From: Bacteroidales bacterium
GTDB lineage: Bacteria > Bacteroidota > Bacteroidia > Bacteroidales > UBA1715
Length of the DNA stretch: 64,000 nt
Direction of reading: 5' to 3'
NCBI GenBank assembly: GCA_024409235.1
Contig: JAKSUA010000013.1
Span: forward strand, 808-64,807
Shown here: one piece after another, positions 19,361 through 28,681 of the stretch
Layout of the letters: each line of letters starts with the position of its first letter
Numbering within the stretch: position 1 is the first letter of the stretch
The notes under the pieces: generated by a model
What the model was told of the DNA's origin: nothing
Database searches by the model: none
What the model saw: only the letters and a program-made list of their open reading frames with translations
Made by a program: the position numbers and the translations under genes

Positions 19361-20245
19361 TTATTTCTGTAATTTTTCGTTAATGTAATTAGCAATGTGA
19401 GTTCTTAAACTTTCATTGCTAATTTGTTGTAGGACATCGTTTGCAAATCCGGAAACGAGAAGTTTCGTTGCTGTGATTTTGTCAATACCGCGTGCCTGCA
19501 TATACCATAATGCTTCTTCATCAATTTGCCCTGTGCTGCTACCGTGGTTACAAACTACGTCGTCTGCATAAATCTCAAGTTGTGGTTCGCTGTGAATTTG
19601 TGCATCTTTTGACAGTAAAATATTTCTGTTTTGTTGTTTTGCCGATGTCTTTTGAGCTCCTTTTGCGACATAAATAAGTCCGGAAAATGAACCTTTGCCA
19701 TTTTCTTCAGCAATACCGCGGAATAACTCTATTGTTTCGCAGTTTTGCTTATTGTGTGTGACTTTTGTATTGATAGAGTACTTTTCATTTTCAGCAGGAA
19801 AGAATACGCCCGAAAGGTACGTATTTGCATTTTCTCCTGATTTATCAATATACATTTCAATCGCATCCTGTTTCCCATTTAATTGGAAAATTCTTGCATT
19901 GTAGGAAGAATTTGCGCTTTGTTTGACAGTAATTAGCTGAGAAGATGTTTCCAATTGTAGAATATAGTGTTCGCACAAAGAATTCTCGTCGCAATTAATA
20001 TAAACTTCGCTTTGGGAGTCTGAAGAGAAACAACTGTAAAGTGAAATCTGAGAATTTTTCTCAACATTAATTGTATAAGAAGTTTGCTTTACACTTGAGA
20101 AGTATAAAAAAACATGTTGTTTTCCTTTAAAGGAATAAATTTTACTTTGGCATTCATTCTCAAGGCTACAAAGAGTGTTGAACTGAATGGATTCTCCAAA
20201 CAAATTGGCTGAAAGTTCAGCAAGAGATGAGTCTATTTTTCCCAT
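19361..20245 (-). CDS. sufD: Fe-S cluster assembly protein SufD (short form)
   Basis: The C-terminal half reads ...GKGSFSGLIYVAKGAQKTSAKQQNRNILLSKDAQIHSEPQLEIYADDVVCNHGSSTGQIDEEALWYMQARGI..., typical of the SufB/SufD beta-helix. I prefer the ATG at 20245 (13-nt overlap with sufC) over the GTG at 20269. Confidence 0.7.
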   Translation of the reverse strand: MGKIDSSLAELSANLFGESIQFNTLCSLENECQSKIYSFKGKQHVFLYFSSVKQTSYTINVEKNSQISLYSCFSSDSQSEVYINCDENSLCEHYILQLETSSQLITVKQSANSSYNARIFQLNGKQDAIEMYIDKSGENANTYLSGVFFPAENEKYSINTKVTHNKQNCETIELFRGIAEENGKGSFSGLIYVAKGAQKTSAKQQNRNILLSKDAQIHSEPQLEIYADDVVCNHGSSTGQIDEEALWYMQARGIDKITATKLLVSGFANDVLQQISNESLRTHIANYINEKLQK

Positions 20246-20994
20246 TCTGAACTGTTTTTGGTAATCCACTCGTAGCCTTTTTCTTCAAGTTCAAGAGCTA
20301 ACGATTTATCTCCGGTCTTTATGATTCTTCCATCGTAAAGAATATGTACAACATCGGGAACAATATAATCAAGCAGTCGCTGATAGTGTGTAATTACAAT
20401 ATAAGCGTTATCTGGAGTTTTTAGTTTGTTAACTCCTTCCGAAACAATACGTAATGCATCAATATCAAGACCGCTGTCTGTTTCGTCAAGAATAGCAACT
20501 TTTGGTTCAAGCATTGCCATTTGAAAAATGTCATTTTTCTTTTTTTCTCCGCCCGAAAATCCCTCATTTACAGAACGGCCAGAAAGTTTGTTTGGCAGAC
20601 CAACTAGTTCACTGTTCTTTTTTATCATTTTCAGGAATTCTGTTGCTGAAGGCGGTTCAATGCCAAGATATTTACACTTTGCTTCAACTGCTGCTTTCAT
20701 AAAGTTAGTCATTGTAATTCCTGGAATTTCCACTGGATATTGGAATGCAAGAAATAAACCTTCACAGGCACGTTGGTCGGCAGTAAGTTTAAGTAAATCT
20801 TTTCCGTTAAAAATAACTTCTCCTTCGGTAACATTGTAAATATCACGTCCCGCAAGCACACTGGACAATGTACTCTTTCCAGAACCGTTAGGGCCCATAA
20901 TTGCGTGAATTTCACCAGGATTTACAGTTAAATTAATTCCTTTAAGAATTTCTTTGCCATCAACAGAAGCATGTAAATTTTTAATCGTCAGCAT
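20233..20994 (-). CDS. sufC: Fe-S cluster assembly ATPase SufC
   Basis: Walker A GPNGSGKST, ABC signature FSGGEKKK, Walker B ILDETDSGLD. Length 253 aa. Confidence 0.9.
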   Translation of the reverse strand: MLTIKNLHASVDGKEILKGINLTVNPGEIHAIMGPNGSGKSTLSSVLAGRDIYNVTEGEVIFNGKDLLKLTADQRACEGLFLAFQYPVEIPGITMTNFMKAAVEAKCKYLGIEPPSATEFLKMIKKNSELVGLPNKLSGRSVNEGFSGGEKKKNDIFQMAMLEPKVAILDETDSGLDIDALRIVSEGVNKLKTPDNAYIVITHYQRLLDYIVPDVVHILYDGRIIKTGDKSLALELEEKGYEWITKNSSEWEK

Positions 20995-21070
20995 AGTTTT
21001 TTCCTTTCAACTGCAAAAGTACGATAAAAATATTGAGATGTGTTTATTTCGGAAATACTTTTAGTTTGCT

Positions 21071-21595
21071 CTATGACAAATTCTTTAATATTTTTTTTGC
21101 TCTGCTTAGTCCGCCTGCAGACAAATACGGTAGAATTTCTTCTATAACTAAAAGGAATTCTTCTTTTAGCTCGGGTTCTATTTCTGTAATTCTCTCAATA
21201 ACAGACATTGCATTTGCTTTTACTCCGGCAGGCATTGTCATGTTTGTGAGTAGGTTAAGATTAAAGTCGAAGAGTAATCCAAGATTTTCTATGTTCCACT
21301 GTGGAGTTACAATAAAAAACCGAAGAACTAACCGTAGAAAACCAGTTCTTGTGATTTTGGGAAGTAAATCAACGGCTTCGTTTAGGTGTTTTTCTAGTGC
21401 ATCTGGGTGTTTGTCAATATAGTGATTCAGAATCCAACTGGCATACCATGATTGTGGATCATCGTTTTTCAGTACTATTTCAAATAAATCTAATGCTGAA
21501 ATTTCTCCATTTTCAAGGAATCCAACCATTTGCTGCATGTCCATTTGGATTCCATCTTGGAGCATTTTTTCAACGAAATCTTGTACACTTACCAT
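21071..21595 (-). CDS. Hypothetical all-helical protein (174 aa)
   Basis: ATG ORF overlapping the upstream gene's end by 7 nt. No motif recognised. The composition suggests a HEAT/ARM-like helical repeat. Confidence 0.45.
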   Translation of the reverse strand: MVSVQDFVEKMLQDGIQMDMQQMVGFLENGEISALDLFEIVLKNDDPQSWYASWILNHYIDKHPDALEKHLNEAVDLLPKITRTGFLRLVLRFFIVTPQWNIENLGLLFDFNLNLLTNMTMPAGVKANAMSVIERITEIEPELKEEFLLVIEEILPYLSAGGLSRAKKILKNLS

Positions 21596-23058
21596 GTTCT
21601 TCCCTTGCTTCCCTGACCTTGACGTTTCTTTTTGGCAGCTTCTTCTTTACGTTTCTTAATCATCATTTTTGAAAACGTTTCCTGGAAATTGTCGGCAGGA
21701 GTAGGTGCAGAAATCATTTCTATCTTACCTGTTTTGTCAAGTAACATGTACGTTGGCATGCCTCGTAATTTATATTGACGGCCGATTTCAGGATTGTCTC
21801 CAGCATAAAGGAACGTCCAATTGTATTGAGGATTTGCCTTTCTGAATGAACGGAAATCTTCGAAAGTTTTCTCGTAACTAAGTGTTACGATACTCAAATC
21901 TCTTTTAGTTTTTTCATTCATCTTTTTTAATACTTTGTAATCCTTTATACAAGCGTAATTTTCTGAACGACAGAAATTTAAATATACATATTTCCCTTTG
22001 AATTTATCTAAAGTATATAATACACTGTCTTGATTGTATAATTCAAAGTAAGGTGCATTATCATGAAATTCAAGAGCAGTATATTTTTTCTTGATGTTTT
22101 CAGCTATACTTTTGTGTTCAGGAATAGTCGATATAATAATCACAGAATCAAGAGTTTGATAAACTGGAGCTGGCGGAAATACATCGGGGTCTTTCAAGCA
22201 GTCATCCAAGCACTGTAGTAGAAAAAGCTCCTTAAGTGTGTCGTTGCGAAAAGCAATATTTTTACCTAACGTTTTCTTAAACATGTTAGGACTTTTTCCA
22301 TAGATAATGTCAATCTTCAGGTTTTTTCCCATGTCACGGGTATGATTGTTTATAATATAATCTTTCCACATCATTTTAAACAAGTTCATGTATGAAGGAT
22401 TATAGTAGAAGAAAGGTTGATTTAGATAGTGTTTTCGCGTTACGCTCATGTTGTCTCTTTGGTAAACCATATAGCGTAAGGAATACAGACGGTAATTCTT
22501 GTAAATTCTAAAGAAATCATCGTCGTCGTAGCGTGAAAAGATGCTATCTATTCGGCTTTCAAATTTTTCAACAAGATTTTTGTCACGATATAAAAATGCT
22601 TCTTGACCGTGTTCACTTAAAAAGGTTTCAAAAACAGAATTAAATGAGAGAATTAGTATGTTTATGTCGCGTTCAGATAAACTATTTATGACGCCAAGAC
22701 TAATGTCTGTTGGCTCATAGTATGGATTTAATTCTTCGGCAAGTGTTTTTTCTTGATAAGGAGGCATTGCTAACTCATATTCTGAGCCTGGCGAAACAAA
22801 CAAAAATGCTTTGTAAATGCCTAAATACATGTAGATTTCACGTGTTGTAGTACAGTCAAACGTGAATGAGAAATATCCAGTTCCGTCTGTTGTAAACGTA
22901 CCGATAAGTTCTTCATTTTTTGTAAAGTAATCTGAATATTGATATACGCTGATAGTTTGGTTTGCATATTCTTCATTGCATCCAATAATGGTTGCTTTTT
23001 GTGCATGTGCAATGAAAGCAGCAAATAGAATTGAAAAAAAAGCGATGACTTTTCGCAT
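21589..23058 (-). CDS. Exported TlpA/thioredoxin-fold protein lacking the canonical CxxC
   Basis: Signal peptide MRKVIAFFSILFAAFIAHAQ. The C-terminal ~150 aa resemble a redoxin fold (KGKYVYLNF-CRSENYAC ... RGMPTYMLLDKTGKI). The WCxxC position reads FCRSENYAC. Confidence 0.5.
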   Translation of the reverse strand: MRKVIAFFSILFAAFIAHAQKATIIGCNEEYANQTISVYQYSDYFTKNEELIGTFTTDGTGYFSFTFDCTTTREIYMYLGIYKAFLFVSPGSEYELAMPPYQEKTLAEELNPYYEPTDISLGVINSLSERDINILILSFNSVFETFLSEHGQEAFLYRDKNLVEKFESRIDSIFSRYDDDDFFRIYKNYRLYSLRYMVYQRDNMSVTRKHYLNQPFFYYNPSYMNLFKMMWKDYIINNHTRDMGKNLKIDIIYGKSPNMFKKTLGKNIAFRNDTLKELFLLQCLDDCLKDPDVFPPAPVYQTLDSVIIISTIPEHKSIAENIKKKYTALEFHDNAPYFELYNQDSVLYTLDKFKGKYVYLNFCRSENYACIKDYKVLKKMNEKTKRDLSIVTLSYEKTFEDFRSFRKANPQYNWTFLYAGDNPEIGRQYKLRGMPTYMLLDKTGKIEMISAPTPADNFQETFSKMMIKKRKEEAAKKKRQGQGSKGRTW

Positions 23059-23139
23059 TAACTCTTTTAAAATATCAGTTTCACTAAACGCAAAGGTAAT
23101 AAATTAACTTGAGCTTTTTTAGGTGATAGCTAAAAAACG

Positions 23140-23147
23140 TATATTTG
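23140..23147 (+). promoter_or_regulatory. TAnnTTTG -7 promoter motif for tRNA-Arg
   Basis: TATATTTG(C) ends 8 nt before tRNA position 1. Confidence 0.5.
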
Positions 23148-23154
23148 CAACGAC

Positions 23155-23226
23155 GGCTTCGTAGTTCAATGGATAGAATGGTAGTTTCCGGAACTATAGA
23201 TTAGGGTTCGATTCCCTACGAGGCTA
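23155..23226 (+). tRNA. tRNA-Arg (anticodon CCG)
   Basis: Manual cloverleaf. Acceptor GGCTTCG/CGAGGCT (two G-U pairs). D arm GTTC-AATGGATA-GAAT. Anticodon arm GTAGT-TTCCGGA-ACTAT (U33, CCG, G37). 4-nt variable loop. T arm TAGGG-TTCGATT-CCCTA. Discriminator A. CCA not encoded. Confidence 0.8.
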
Positions 23227-24870
23227 CTTTTTTTGCAAAATATTGTCATAGAGGTCTTTATTATTCAAGACCTCTTTTGCTTTAGTAATATATTCATCAT
23301 CACGGATAGAGTATTCAATCTGACCTTTTTCAAAATAAAGATGACGGATGATGAATAATCCTAATTCTTGCATTATTGCAGTTTTATCTAATTCAAAAAG
23401 TTTTTCTTGTTGAAGGTTTATTTTTTCTTGAATATGCTGTACCTCATTATCTACGTTAATCTGTTCATTATTAGTAGCTTCAGCGAACTGCAGAAGTAAT
23501 TTCTCACTAGGCGAAATAAAAGAATAATTTGATTCCTTGCAAAAAGATAGGAATTTCGAGTAATCGCTTTCGGAGAAAATATAGGTCTCCGGTTTAATGT
23601 TAATGGTATCTTTATGAGAGTAGTTTTTATTGATAAAGTCAAAGAGTACAAATCTATTTCTTAGGTCTGCAAGTAGCGAAGAACTGGAATCTTTTGTAAC
23701 GATAATATCGGGAATAATTCCGCCTCCGTCTTTTACAGGCCTATGATTGCGTGTATAGAAGGTTTTTTGTAATGAATCGGGTACTGATGTTGGATTTCCA
23801 TCTGAATCCCTATGACTGTAGTCAAGCTTTTGAATACATCGTCCACTTGGAATGTAGTATTTCGACGTTGTGATTTTTAATAAACAGTTGTGTGGCAGTT
23901 CTTTACGAGTCTGAACTAAGCCTTTCCCAAATGTCTGCAAACCAATAACAACAGCTCTGTCTAAATCCTGAAGTGAACCAGATACGATTTCTGCTGCAGA
24001 AGCAGAATGTTCGTTAACTAAAACAACAAGTGGAATTTCTGTGTCGAAAGGATCGCTTATGGTTGAGAATTTTGAGTTCTCGGTTGTTTTTTGTCCTTTG
24101 GTAAAAACAATGCGTTCGCCTTTTGGAACAAACATATTTACAATTTTAATAGCTTCGATTAGCAGACCTCCGGGGTTGTCGCGCAAATCAAGAATGAATG
24201 CTTTTGCTTGTTTTTTCTTTAATTCTGTACAAGCCTTATATACATCGTTTGCGCATTCTTGTGAAAATTCGTTCAGTTTGATATAGCCATATTGTTGATC
24301 TATTATTCCGTAGTAAGGTACACTTCCAATTTTTATTTTCTCACGAACTACTGAGATATTTAAGTTTTCGTTGTTTCGCAAAATTCCTAAATGAAGCGTT
24401 GTTCCTGCTTCACCTTGTAATAATTCTCTACTTTCTTTAGCAGGTTCGTTTAGGATAGAGTGGCCATCAACTGATGTGATAAAATCTCCTACAAGAAGTC
24501 CGCTTTTTTGTGCGGGTGAATTTTCCCTAATATCAATAATCATAAGGGAATTATCTCGGTCGGTAACAGTTGCACCAATGCCGCCGTATTCACCTTTGGT
24601 TAATATTGTATATCTTTCAACATCGGACTCTGGAATAAAATTGGTGTATGGATCAAGAGTTTTTAGCATTTCGGTGAGAGTTCGTTCCATCAAATCACCT
24701 GGTGCAAGTTCATCAACATAAGAATTCGATATTTCTGTGAATAGAGAGTAGAAAATATCAAGATTTTTTGCCGTCTCAAAATCTTTACTGGTATCGTAAC
24801 TCATCAAATTAAGTGATATGATAAGCATAAAAATAATGACGGCGAATTTGTATATAAATCCTTTTTTCAT
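23224..24870 (-). CDS. S41 family C-terminal processing peptidase (Ctp/Prc-like) with a PDZ domain
   Basis: Motifs FILDLRDNPGGLL and NEHSASAAEIVSGSLQD, and a PDZ-like GDFITSVDG. The start was moved to MKKGFIYKFAVIIFML (Met21 of the track ORF). The stop overlaps the last 3 nt of the tRNA on the opposite strand. Confidence 0.85.
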   Translation of the reverse strand: MKKGFIYKFAVIIFMLIISLNLMSYDTSKDFETAKNLDIFYSLFTEISNSYVDELAPGDLMERTLTEMLKTLDPYTNFIPESDVERYTILTKGEYGGIGATVTDRDNSLMIIDIRENSPAQKSGLLVGDFITSVDGHSILNEPAKESRELLQGEAGTTLHLGILRNNENLNISVVREKIKIGSVPYYGIIDQQYGYIKLNEFSQECANDVYKACTELKKKQAKAFILDLRDNPGGLLIEAIKIVNMFVPKGERIVFTKGQKTTENSKFSTISDPFDTEIPLVVLVNEHSASAAEIVSGSLQDLDRAVVIGLQTFGKGLVQTRKELPHNCLLKITTSKYYIPSGRCIQKLDYSHRDSDGNPTSVPDSLQKTFYTRNHRPVKDGGGIIPDIIVTKDSSSSLLADLRNRFVLFDFINKNYSHKDTINIKPETYIFSESDYSKFLSFCKESNYSFISPSEKLLLQFAEATNNEQINVDNEVQHIQEKINLQQEKLFELDKTAIMQELGLFIIRHLYFEKGQIEYSIRDDEYITKAKEVLNNKDLYDNILQKK

Positions 24871-24887
24871 AGTTGAGTTTAAGTTGA

Positions 24888-25115
24888 TTAAGGAACTGGG
24901 TCGTATCCTGAACCTCCCCAAGGATGGCAACGTAGTAACCGTTTTAATAGTAGCCAGCCTCCTTTAAAAATGCCATATTTTTGGATTGCTTCTATCCCAT
25001 ACTGAGAGCAGGTTGGGGTATAACGGCATGAGTCTGGAAGAAGAGGTGAGATACACAACTGATATAACCGAATAGGAATAATAAAAATAGAACTAATGAT
25101 TTTTCGCATAGTCAA
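24888..25115 (-). CDS. yidD: Membrane protein insertion efficiency factor YidD
   Basis: [49 protein letters not shown] is the hallmark YidD sequence. Confidence 0.85.
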   Translation of the reverse strand: MTMRKIISSIFIIPIRLYQLCISPLLPDSCRYTPTCSQYGIEAIQKYGIFKGGWLLLKRLLRCHPWGGSGYDPVP

Positions 25116-25458
25116 GAATATTGTTAATACCTATTTCTATTATTTCTTCTAATTTTTGTTGAGAATAAAAGGTGTTGTTGCAGTAAACAATCAAAAGTTT
25201 TAAGGAAATATCTGGCATTTCTGTTTTGTTGTAGATGTGTCGTACACTTTCTCTGATTCTTCGTTTCATTAAATTTCGGTCAACTGCATGATGAAATCTT
25301 TTTTTGGGAACACTTACTGCGAGTTGAAAAGATTTTTTTTCGGTCTTTTCTATTGTGTATAAAAATCTAAGGGGGAAACTTGTATAAGTTTTTCCCCCTT
25401 TTAATAATGCTTGAAAGTCGTTTTCAAGTGCAAGTTTATGTTCGTGAAGAAACCCCAC
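25093..25458 (-). CDS. rnpA: Ribonuclease P protein component
   Basis: 121 aa, basic. Contains [21 protein letters not shown] (RNR-like motif). Lies immediately upstream of yidD and overlaps it. GTG start. Confidence 0.75.
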   Translation of the reverse strand: MGFLHEHKLALENDFQALLKGGKTYTSFPLRFLYTIEKTEKKSFQLAVSVPKKRFHHAVDRNLMKRRIRESVRHIYNKTEMPDISLKLLIVYCNNTFYSQQKLEEIIEIGINNILDYAKNH

Positions 25459-25464
25459 GATGAA

Positions 25465-26205
25465 TTATTTTATTTTTTTTACAAAATCTTCCAGTGCTGA
25501 TGTCATTGATGGACATTTGATAGTTGGAGCTGGTATGTCCAAACGGAATCCTGCGTCAACAACTGCTTTTCCTGTAGTGGCACCGAATGCACCTATGTAT
25601 GTTTCTTCCTGTTTGAAGTCAGGGAAGTTTTTCTTTAAAGATGCAATTCCTGCAGGGCTGAAGAATACCAAGATGTCGTAATCTTTAATATTCACGTCAG
25701 AAAGATCGCTACTAACAGTTCTGTAGAAGATTGCTTTTGTATAATTGAAATTTGCTGCTGTTAGCTTTTCTGGAATCTCAGCTTTGTGAATATCCGAAAG
25801 GGGCACAAGAATTTTCTCGTCAATGTATTTCTTTGATATTTCAATCAAATCATCGAATTTTCCGTTTGCAAAAACAATTTTTCTTTTGCGGTACTGAACA
25901 TATTTCTGAAGATAGAAAGCTGTTGATTCTGAGATACATAGGTATTTCATTGTCGCAGGCATCACAACTCGCAGTTCTTCGCATAAACTAAAGAAATGGT
26001 CTATTGCAGTACGGCTTGTGAACATAACAGCACTATGGTCAAGAATAGAAATTTTCTGTTCTCTGAAATCCTTTGCTGAGATTGCTTCAACGTGTATAAA
26101 TGGTCTGAATTCAATTTGGATATTGTATTTTTTTGCAAAATCCAAATATGGAGATTTCTCTGTTTCTGGTTTTGGTTGAGAGACTAATATTTTCTTTACC
26201 TTCAT
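25465..26205 (-). CDS. hemD: Uroporphyrinogen-III synthase (HemD) family protein
   Basis: 246 aa. MKVKKILVSQPKPETEKSPYLDFAKKY...VMFTSRTAIDHFF matches the Bacteroidota HemD-like family as I recall it. No other heme genes are nearby. Confidence 0.6.
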   Translation of the reverse strand: MKVKKILVSQPKPETEKSPYLDFAKKYNIQIEFRPFIHVEAISAKDFREQKISILDHSAVMFTSRTAIDHFFSLCEELRVVMPATMKYLCISESTAFYLQKYVQYRKRKIVFANGKFDDLIEISKKYIDEKILVPLSDIHKAEIPEKLTAANFNYTKAIFYRTVSSDLSDVNIKDYDILVFFSPAGIASLKKNFPDFKQEETYIGAFGATTGKAVVDAGFRLDIPAPTIKCPSMTSALEDFVKKIK

Positions 26206-27254
26206 AGGATATTAAATTCAGATAAAACAATGCCCGAAAGAATTTTTACCAACAAAAGTATCGGTAAAATTTCGAGTGTGCAAAAGTACAAAAAAATGTA
26301 AAAAATAGAAATCTTATTTTTTAGACTGATTTGAATTTCACGATAAATACGGAATGCGAAAAATAATCCGATGAGAATGTAGCCGATGTTAAGCAGTAAA
26401 TTTGGAGAAATCACATTAGAACTTACAAATGCTAATGCTATAACAATTGGGTACAGACAAATTCCTAAAACGCGGTTGAAAAGATATATGTTGAAAACAC
26501 ATTCGTAGGCATATTCACGACGGTCAAAAACGCCTGAGAGGAAGTAATAGAACATCTTCTTGAAGAAATATAACAATAGTATGCCAATTGTTAGAATTCC
26601 TGTGCATAGAATTGCCTGTGTTGTTGGAATTTCTTCCCAATTAAGATTAACTTTCAGTGCAAAGAAAGCGAACAAACCTGCGTTAAATGCAAATAGGCAC
26701 TGTAAGATAAACGATGCAAGCTGAGAGTTTTCCCCAGCTTTATGAAATTCCTTTTGAGCAAAGCTGAAATTAAATGTATGGCTGAACAAGGAATTAGCTC
26801 CTTTGTGGAATACAATTTTTGTGATTCCAAAAACTACTAAACTCGCTAAAAGTGTCCAGAACATCCATCCGTTTTCTATCTGACCGATTTTTGTGTAGTT
26901 GATTCTAAAAACCTTTTCGTCAAATTCGGTGAACGGGGAAGTGTTGATTGTTTCCTGTGTTTCTACGACGCTTTCTTTTTGTTGTAAAGTATCTACGGAC
27001 ACGTAAGTGGTAGTATCTTCTGCTTGTGAACTTTTTTGCGAAGCAGATTGATTTGCTGTCGTATCAATTTCGTTTAATAAATCTTCTGGCGTGACTTCTA
27101 ATGTGGAGAAGCCTTTTTGCATAGGAAGCTCAATACGTGTAGTTGTATCTGCATCCTGAAACAGCGAGATACTTCCAAAACTATTGGAGATGTTCGAAGA
27201 GTCAATAGACTGCTTTTCGACGGTATTTGTTACTTCAGGCAAATCTAATCGCAT
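26202..27254 (-). CDS. Multi-pass membrane protein, DUF4271-like
   Basis: The N-terminal ~130 aa are Ser/Thr/Gln-rich and probably disordered, followed by about 6 TM helices. 4-nt overlap with the hemD-like gene. I prefer the ATG at 27254 over the TTG at 27269. Confidence 0.5.
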   Translation of the reverse strand: MRLDLPEVTNTVEKQSIDSSNISNSFGSISLFQDADTTTRIELPMQKGFSTLEVTPEDLLNEIDTTANQSASQKSSQAEDTTTYVSVDTLQQKESVVETQETINTSPFTEFDEKVFRINYTKIGQIENGWMFWTLLASLVVFGITKIVFHKGANSLFSHTFNFSFAQKEFHKAGENSQLASFILQCLFAFNAGLFAFFALKVNLNWEEIPTTQAILCTGILTIGILLLYFFKKMFYYFLSGVFDRREYAYECVFNIYLFNRVLGICLYPIVIALAFVSSNVISPNLLLNIGYILIGLFFAFRIYREIQISLKNKISIFYIFLYFCTLEILPILLLVKILSGIVLSEFNIL

Positions 27255-27386
27255 TAAAATCCGTGACAAAGATAAGAATCAAATGTTTTTATGACATGTA
27301 TCACGTTTCTTTTTTTCAAATAATTGTGAACAGCCTGCATATTCCAATAATTTATTGGCAGTGTTTTTTACATTTGTTTTATTTCG

Positions 27387-27394
27387 TAGATTTG
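27387..27394 (+). promoter_or_regulatory. TAnnTTTG -7 promoter motif upstream of hflX
   Basis: TAGATTTG lies 18 nt upstream of the ATG at 27412. Confidence 0.4.
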
Positions 27395-27411
27395 TAATCT
27401 AAAAATAATGT

Positions 27412-28605
27412 ATGGTAGAACCTTTTTCGACAGAAATAGAACAGGAAACTGCAATAATTGTGGGGGTAATGCTGCCTTCACAAACAGAGTTACAGGTAAA
27501 GGAATATCTTGATGAATTGGCTTTTTTGGCAGAAACTGCGGGCATAATTGTTAAAAAACAATTTCTGCAGCGATTGCCTCAGGCGATTTCAAAAACGTTC
27601 ATTGGGTCAGGTAAAATAGAGGAAATCAGAGAATATTTAAAAGATAATGAGACTGATATGGTGATTTTTGATGACGAACTTGCACCAACTCAGTTGCGAA
27701 ATCTTGAGAAAGAACTGAATCATCCTATTGTTGACCGCACAAAGTTGATACTTGACATTTTTGCCCAGCGTGCGCAGACTGCATACGCAAAAACGCAGGT
27801 GGAAATGGCACGTTTGCAATATATGCTGCCGCGTTTGTCCAGAATGTGGACTCACTTGGACCGTCAGCATGGTGGAGGAACCACTTCGCGTGGTATGGGT
27901 GAATCACAGATTGAAGTTGACCGAAGAATCATCCAGTCACGTATTGCTTTTCTAAAAGATGAACTTTCGAAGATTGACAGGCAGATGATAACGCAAAGGA
28001 AAAACCGCCAAAGTCTGATTCGCGTTGCTTTAGTTGGATATACTAACGTTGGTAAATCTACCATAATGAATATGATTAGTAAATCGGAGGTTCTTGCTGA
28101 AAACAAATTGTTTGCAACTCTTGATACAACTGTCCGAAAAGTTGTGATAGAAAATCTTCCTTTTTTGTTGTCCGATACAGTTGGTTTTATCAGAAAACTT
28201 CCAACAACGCTTGTTGAATCTTTCAAATCAACCTTGGATGAAGTTCGTGAAGCTGATTTGCTTTTGCATGTAATTGATGTGTCTCACAAAAATTTTCAGG
28301 AGCAGATTCAGGTTGTCAGCCAAACAATTGCTGACATTGGAGCTGGAGACAAACCTGTGATTTTAGTGTTTAATAAAATAGATGCTTTTACATATACAGA
28401 GAAGGACGAAGATGATTTAAGTCCTAAAACACATGAAAATTATTCGTTAGACGATTTTAAAAACATGTATTTCGCAAAACAGGAACCTTGCATCTTTATA
28501 TCTGCGAAGAACAAAGAAAATATAGAAGAATTCAGAAAGATGGTTTATGAGAGAGTAAAGGAAATGCATGCAATTCGTTATCCATATAATAATTTCTTGT
28601 ATTAG
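27412..28605 (+). CDS. hflX: GTPase HflX
   Basis: HflX N-terminal domain, then G1 GYTNVGKST, G3 DTVGF and G4 NKID. Confidence 0.9.
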   Translation: MVEPFSTEIEQETAIIVGVMLPSQTELQVKEYLDELAFLAETAGIIVKKQFLQRLPQAISKTFIGSGKIEEIREYLKDNETDMVIFDDELAPTQLRNLEKELNHPIVDRTKLILDIFAQRAQTAYAKTQVEMARLQYMLPRLSRMWTHLDRQHGGGTTSRGMGESQIEVDRRIIQSRIAFLKDELSKIDRQMITQRKNRQSLIRVALVGYTNVGKSTIMNMISKSEVLAENKLFATLDTTVRKVVIENLPFLLSDTVGFIRKLPTTLVESFKSTLDEVREADLLLHVIDVSHKNFQEQIQVVSQTIADIGAGDKPVILVFNKIDAFTYTEKDEDDLSPKTHENYSLDDFKNMYFAKQEPCIFISAKNKENIEEFRKMVYERVKEMHAIRYPYNNFLY

Positions 28606-28632
28606 TTAAGTAAAACAGAACAGTTATTAAAT

Positions 28633-28661
28633 AAAAAAAGACGCTTTAAAGCGTCTTTTTT
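28633..28661. terminator. Bidirectional intrinsic terminator between convergent hflX and pdxK
   Basis: AAAAAAGACGC (28634-44) / TTTAAA / GCGTCTTTTTT (28651-61), with A/T runs on both sides. Confidence 0.8.
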
Positions 28662-28681
28662 GTTTAGATGAATATCCGAAC

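Noticed and set aside
21033-21672. Plus-strand ORFs of 129 aa and 91 aa
   Set aside because: They are antisense to the 174-aa and 489-aa minus-strand genes, which fit a contiguous overlapping operon. The translations are Ser/Phe-rich.
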